Assembly (NCBI RefSeq): GCF_041146345.1 | Contig: NW_027191411.1 | Location: 1,550,001 to 1,614,000 of the forward strand | Direction: 5' to 3' | Source: Neodothiora populina | Lineage: Eukaryota | DNA length: 64,000 nucleotides | The notes under the pieces: generated by a model | What the model was told of the DNA's origin: nothing | Databases searched by the model: none | What the model saw: the letters and a program-made list of their open reading frames with translations, nothing else | Made by a program: the position numbers and the translations under genes | Part shown: positions 62,158 to 64,000 of the stretch, in pieces | How positions within the stretch are numbered: position 1 is the stretch's first letter | How the letters are laid out: every line of letters starts with the position of its first letter

Positions 62158-63120
62158 ATGTCTATTCTAGCGCCCTTTACTACCAAGTTACAACGGGTTG
62201 TTTGTTCAACTGCCCCACATCTCCATACCGCCCTTCGAGTATCTGCTTCGTCAGCCCTCCATTCTTCTTATACCACTTCGTCCTCTGCTGCTTCTTCGAT
62301 TCCTGCAGTCACTTCTTCTTCTCAATCATCCTTCACACAACAATCTACTCGTCGCCCTTACAGCACAGAAAAAATGGCCAACAAGATGTCTTTCCTCGAG
62401 GCTGTGGAGAACCGCCGCTCCATCTACCCTCTTACCGACAAGATCCCCATCAGCGACGCCCGCGTCCAGGAGCTCGTCACCGAGGCCATCAAGCACGTTC
62501 CCTCCTCCTTCAACTCCCAGTCCACCCGTCTCGTTGTTCTCCTGAACGAGGAGCACCAGAAGTTCTGGGAGTACGTCAAGGACGTTCTCAAGCCTCAGAT
62601 GCCTGCCGAGAACTTCGCCCAGACCGAGGGCAAGCTCAACATGTTCAAGGCCGCTCACGGAACCGTAAGTTTTGCCAATTGAAGGACCTACGTTATTTTT
62701 GTTTCAGTTGCTGACTTGAGACTTACACAGATCCTCTTCCTTGACGACCCTGCTCCCGTCAACGAGCTCGCCAGCAAGTTCGCCCTCTACGCACAGCACT
62801 TCCCTGGCTGGGCCCTCCAGTCCAACGCCATGCACCAGTTCGCTCTCTGGACTGCCCTCGAGGCTGAGGGATGCGGCGCTAACCTCCAGCACTACAACCC
62901 CATCATCGACCAGAAGGCCAAGTCCGAGTGGTATGTGTTTTCTCGAGTCCCGTCAAAAAGACAGACGTGCTGACTTTGTGTTTGTAGGAACATTCCTCAG
63001 GAGTGGGACCTCCGCGCTCAGCTCGTCTTCGGTGGCCCAGCCGAGGGTGCCCGCGAGAACCTCTCCCCTAAGCAGTTCCAGCCCGTCGAGGAGCGCGTCA
63101 AGGTCTACGGTGCCAAATAG
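62158..63120 (+). CDS. Nitroreductase family protein (Frm2/Hbn1-like); alternative in-frame starts at 62053 and 62374
   Basis: RRSIYPL, HVPSSFNSQSTRLVVL, WTALEAEG.GANLQHYNP and W.LRAQLVFG. Introns ~62665..62730 and ~62931..62987; TAG ends at 63120. Confidence 0.92.
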
Positions 63121-64000
63121 ATGTCTTTATTGGACCGATCAGGAAAACAACATTAACGAATAACGCAATATCCGGCGCATATCGTCAAGAGGCGATATTG
63201 CGTCAAAGTGGTGGAGTAGAATATACAGATCCGTAAATTAGAACAAATCTCCCCGCATTTTTCATTTGCAGCGTACTTGACGTGTATCGTTGATGTAAAA
63301 AGTGGAAATGCAAAAGGCTTCTGACAAACCAAAAACTTATTGATGTTGTGACTTCACTAAGGTAGGTCATTGCTTTAGCAAAGCTCCTGGAGCTTGCCCT
63401 GAGATGTGGTAAGGCTTCCAGACCCCTTGAGCTAAACGTGAACCGCTAGTAAGCGAGGCACGGCAAGATTCCACCTCTTTCATGCAAGCCTCAATGTCGA
63501 AATCCAAGTAGGTCAATGGTGGATCATCACTACAAGACATCACGCGATCGATCACAAGAGCCCCAAAAAGGGAGATACAGTGATATAATCATGCGCAGGA
63601 TTGTAGCATAATCCCACTGTAACACCACAGTGGCACTGTACAAGTAGGTAGCGACAGCCGCACTCCGATACATTCGAGGAATCCAGTACGTACTTTGTAC
63701 TTTGGACAACGGCGCCAAGCGAGAGTTTCTTTCCTAACACAGCAGCTTTGTACAAGCGTCCCTTCACGTTAGTACCCAAGAAAAAAAGGTGCTTGTGGAT
63801 ATTGGCGAGGGCAAAATAGTATTTTTGTTACTTAACATTTTCCCAATATTGCCTAACGACAGGACAATGGTGAGAATGACGCCTTCGAAAGAAAGATCGC
63901 GTCAGTGTCGTCCCCCAGTTGTAAAAAACCCTTTCGTTGTTATTGTAGAAATATATCATCATGTAGGTCTGAGAAGAAGGAAAGAAAAAGCATTCCACCG

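Noticed and set aside
63367..64000. 3' end of a minus-strand gene entering from beyond the window
   Set aside because: Only short frames with no recognisable domain or resolvable splice path.

Overview
This is eukaryotic DNA: a gene-dense segment of a filamentous ascomycete (Pezizomycotina) chromosome, with short GT-AG introns and CTRAY branch sites. There are about 27 protein genes, mostly housekeeping: PflX-like radical SAM, MFS transporter, ALG3, EIF1AD-like, glutathionyl-hydroquinone reductase, WBP1, complex I 9.5 kDa subunit, secreted phosphoesterase, bromodomain RSC-type subunit, CaM kinase, UBE2W-like E2, SF3B1, PCD1-like Nudix, RAX2, LanC-like, ARPC2, UTP12, CPA2, a biuret/guanylurea-hydrolase-like enzyme and a nitroreductase. 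One intron-containing tRNA-Asn is also present. I see no CRISPR array, rRNA or intact transposon. The most striking unexplained signal is an ORF-poor stretch of about 0.85 kb (39030-39875, possibly from 38637) between SF3B1 and the Nudix gene. It is packed with G.U-containing helices on the + strand, so it is a candidate large structured ncRNA that I cannot assign to a known family. Other notable items are a GuuH-type Q-to-E signature in the cysteine hydrolase, a nitroreductase with three stacked in-frame starts, a same-strand overlapping ORF pair, and 11-bp-periodic repeats enclosing an orphan ORF. All exon boundaries and pairings were read by eye, and family assignments rest on remembered motifs, not database searches.
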